Shown one piece after another: positions 60,027-64,000 of a DNA stretch of 64,000 bases. A program made the position numbers and the translations under genes. This DNA comes from Heptranchias perlo (Eukaryota). The stretch lies in the NCBI RefSeq assembly GCF_035084215.1, contig NC_090340.1, positions 5,518,001 through 5,582,000 on the forward strand. The letters run 5' to 3'. The notes under the pieces are model-generated. The model did not search any database, was not told where the DNA came from, and saw only the letters and a list, made by a program, of their open reading frames with translations. How positions within the stretch are numbered: position 1 is the stretch's first letter; each line of letters starts with the position of its first letter.

Positions 60027-61461
60027 CTTCGGCAAACATGGATACTTTGAAAGGTTTCGAGCGATATTTCAGTCACAGATGCGTTTACGTTGCATATCCA
60101 TTATATCCAGCTACTGCCCTATATCTAGTCTTCCATTCTTTTCCCACGTCCTGGAACATGTTTTGCCTCCCATCATTCTTGAGTTAACACTCGCCATTCC
60201 TGCGTCGAACTCACGCACTGTGTGTCATTGAATCTCTGAAGTGACTTCTTTGCAACCGTCAACATTGTTCCCATTCCCTTTGAACTCTCCATCATGTTTG
60301 AAATCATGAAACACTAAGTTATTCTCCAATCTATTTGTCTACAGTCAGATTCCATAGTAACTTTCTCACGATTCTCATGTACTGTTAACAAGGGCATTAA
60401 TTTAACTCCATTTCTGTAGTTCCTTTTTTCTTGTATTCGTGTTTTTCTCCTTGGGATGGATCTGACTGCATCAGCTGTTCACGACTTATTTGTTTGTTTA
60501 ATGCCTTTATTTTCTTAATGTTTCATTCTACTATTATCCCAGCTATATTTCCTCTCTTAGTTTATCGTTCCCCTCCCACCCATTCCCTTCACATCAGGTT
60601 AAATTAAAATGTTTCATTTTTCATTTTCGTATTCAGAATAAGAACCAAGTCCCATGTGTTAATCTGCCTGTTCTCTGCACAGTTGCGGACTGGCTCCTGT
60701 CTTTCCTGCTTTTTGATTGACTTGATTTCAGAGTCAGCCGGTTTTTTTTACCATTATTCTTATGATAGCACTTCTAATACATTCTCGCCATCTACCCACA
60801 ACATCATGTAGCATTGAGCCCAGTGTTCCATCCACAACTCGTCAACTTAATCACTGACATGCGATCACATTGCAATATGATTCAACGGGACAGGATCAGT
60901 TTTCAGGTGCACACTTGATACCCAGCTTGTTTTTCGATTGAGTATATTGCTCCAAAGACTGTTGATCCCATTTCCAAAATTCAGTTCCCGATGAATCAGC
61001 AGTTTCTGCATGTAAGGACAGCAGAACAATATTTGTTCTTGCTTTGCTTGAGACGCCCAACCGCTCCAGCTTTCGCCTCAGTACAATTCATGATCTGGAA
61101 AACCTCAGCTTATAGGTAGACTGAGAACTAAGCTAAGCACCGCCCCTCACATCCATTTTGCTATCATTTTGTTCCGTGCATACCCTCAACATCTTCCTCT
61201 TCCGTTCACCACCCTCTCCTTGAACTCCTGCACGAGTGCACTCCTCTACTGGTATCTCTCACACAGCTTACTCTTACTCTGACGCATGCATATCTCATAT
61301 TCCAGCTCAGCTTCACTAACTATCTCCACTCTCCATAAATCTTAACTCGTTCAGAACATTGGAATTCGTACGCTCACCCACAGAATGTTCGTATTCCCGA
61401 AATTCTATCCGTTCCAAGCTGCAGTGGCTCCCTGGCAGCCAAAGTCCTCGTCCTCGCCTGT

Positions 61462-62370
61462 ACATAAGAACATAAGGAATAGGAGCAGGAGTAGGCCACA
61501 TGGCCCCTCGAGCTTGCCCCGCAATTCAATCAGATCGTGGCTGATCTTTGAGCTGAAGTCCACTTACCTGCCCGATCCCCATACACCTTGACTCCCCTAT
61601 AGTACAGATATCTGTATATCTCAGCCTTGAATATATTCAACGACTCATCATCCATAGCCTTCTGGGGTAGCGAACTCCAAAGATTCACAAAGCTCTGAGG
61701 AAAGAAATTCCTCCTCATCTCAGTCTTAAATGGCCCACCCCTTATCCTGAGACTATGCCCCCTAGTTCTAGACTCTTCAGCCATGGGAAATAACTTCTCA
61801 GATTCTACCTTGTCCAGCCTCCTCATAATCTTCTTTGTTTCAATGATGTCATCTCTCATTCTTTGAAATTCCAGAGAGTAGAGGCCCATTCTACTCAAAC
61901 TAGCCTCATAGGAGAACCCTCTCATCCCAGGAATTAATGTAGTGGACGTTTGATGCATCACCTCTAAGGTAAGTATATCCTTCCTTTGATAAGGAGACCA
62001 ACACTGTACACTGTACTCCAGGTGAGGTATCACCAAAGCCCTGTACAATTGTACCAAGACTTCCTTACTTTTGTACTCCAAACTCCTTGCAATAAAGGGC
62101 AACGTTCCATTTGCTTTTCTAATTGCTTGCTATACCTGCTTGCTAAATTTTTTGTCTCTTGCACAAGGACACCCAAGTCTCTCTGAACACCAACAGTTGA
62201 TAGTTTCGCACCATTTAAAAATATTCTGTTCTTCTATTCTTCCTACCAAAGTGATTAACCTCACGTTTCCCCACATTATAGTCCATCTGCCACCTTCTTG
62301 CCCATTCACCTAAACTGTCTATATCCATTTGCAGACTCTTTGTGTCCTCCTCACAGCTTACTTTCTCACC
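61462..62370 (-). mobile_element. 5'-truncated CR1 inserted in an L2 remnant (about 60800-62710)
   Basis: ORF 61530-62102 (LEYSVQCWSPY), tail acataagaacataagg; L2-like 3' sequence on both sides. Confidence 0.85.
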
Positions 62371-64000
62371 TGCAAAACCTTCCCTGGTCACGCCCGCTCG
62401 ACTTTCGTAATCTCCTCCATCCATACATCCCACAAGCAACCGCGGCTTCTCTGACATCACGTTGCACCTTATTACCTCCTCCTCTGATCCACCATGGGGC
62501 GTAGCAGTTTTCGCCATTGTGTGAGTTGACTTCTCTGAATCTACCTGGCTTACTTATTCCTTCTTAAGACTTAAAGTATACCCTAAAACCGTTTCATTCG
62601 CCTGTACCTTTGCCCATCCTCAAACTTGTGTTATTTTTTTCATTCCACTAAATCACCATTTCTTTACTCCCATTCAATAAGACGTTCTTAGCGTCCTGCA
62701 TAAAGGCAAGTTTTTGTTTATACAATGTTCGCTGCCATTATACTTGAGTAATGTTCCTGCATGATTTAGTTTTGGACTTTTGATGAATTACACTTTCAAA
62801 TATCGCAATTTCTAACGTTTCGCAGCATGAACAACGCTTTATCTTCTGTCACCTATTTGGTCGGTGAGCACCAAGCCACAAAAATATAGAAATGTGAAAT
62901 TTATGCATAACGAAAATGGAAAGTTATTCTTGAGAGAAGTGGAAACGAAATTTAGGGACCTGAAATAATTTGGTTGACATTTGGAGTAAACATGCTAAAA
63001 TATGTTCAAGCAATTTCTTATGTGGAAAGAACTGGTCTCTGAATAATACGGGTTTCAATTTAAATGTGATTTAAATGACGAAATCACGAGTATTGTTGAG
63101 TGAAACGCATTTTATTTGGTGTGCACACAAATGTTCAGAAAAACACACCAATCCGATCGACGAACGTTCTCTAATGTTATACTTGAAACTTATTTGAAGA
63201 TATGGTTGGACATTCGTGGCAGTAGCACAAAAGCAATCAATTGAGATAAATACCTTCTTAATGCAAGTTAATTTTTAACATTCAGAATGAACAAAATACG
63301 GATATGGATGTTCACTTAGGACGAAACCATTCTACTGTCTCCATCTTACTCCGGCCTACGTTGATCCACGTTGTGGCTTGAATTTCCACTGCTCCATTTC
63401 ATGAAGGGAAGTGAAGCGAACTTGCCCGCCGCCCTTCCGCTGAGCGCTGACAGCTAAGCTCTATAAAATTTGGCGGTCTTCCTTACTAAAACAACCACTG
63501 TATGGGCGAAAAGGGTTGGGCCAGATAATTGGGGGTTAATACAGGAGTTAAAGAACCGCTGCAGCTTAAAAGGGAATTTTTAGCATTTGTTGCATTGGCC
63601 AGGAGCTGAGAGTTCTGGCAAATGAACGTGATAGTCAAATTTCGGTGAACCAAAATGGGTATACTACTGGAAGCCATGACAGCAAGAATGGCAATGCTGT
63701 TTTCATATAAGAAAATTGACCGATGTAGTCACAGTGTGGGTATAGTGGAGGAAGTTGGCTAAAATTGTTAGTGCATCCCTTCATGATCAGCAGGGAACAA
63801 GTGATTGTGTCCAGAATGAGGAAAGCAAATGCCGCAAAATCCGAGTGAATTCATATATATAAATCAAAGATATATCTACATTGATCTTCTCTATCACTCT
63901 CTTTCAAATATAAGTTAACAATTCGCTAAACGCCGGGATATACCACTTCTAGCACTTTTGCATTCTGATCAAGAAAGGGCCAGAAATCGCTCCCGAAATT

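Overview
Vertebrate genomic DNA, most likely from a cartilaginous fish (inferred from the repeat content: esterase-ORF1 CR1 LINEs, L2, a Deu-domain-like SINE). Roughly two thirds of the window is non-LTR retrotransposon, often nested up to three levels deep; most ORFs in the track are LINE fragments or their antisense shadows. The main host feature is a complete, phase-consistent 7-exon + strand gene at 49770-60026 that the ORF track only partly catches. It encodes a 356-aa Ig-superfamily inhibitory receptor: signal peptide, compact germline-joined V(J) domain, C1 domain, uncharged TM, and a tail with four tyrosine motifs laid out like SIRP-alpha. Its tail comes from two duplicated ITIM exons, and unannotated alternative splice sites could give soluble, tail-less and ITIM+ITSM forms. 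Two small exons at 39498-40506 ending in ALYSMV suggest the 3' end of a second receptor upstream. On the retroelement side: a young, apparently intact CR1 at 1-4090 (-) has a TTTAAAC slippery heptamer plus a TAATG overlap at its ORF1/ORF2 junction and tandem 5' monomers, and a second LINE family carries a tRNA-like head with no ORF1 and has a short internal-deletion SINE derivative. Repeat boundaries were read by eye and are approximate; no searches were run.
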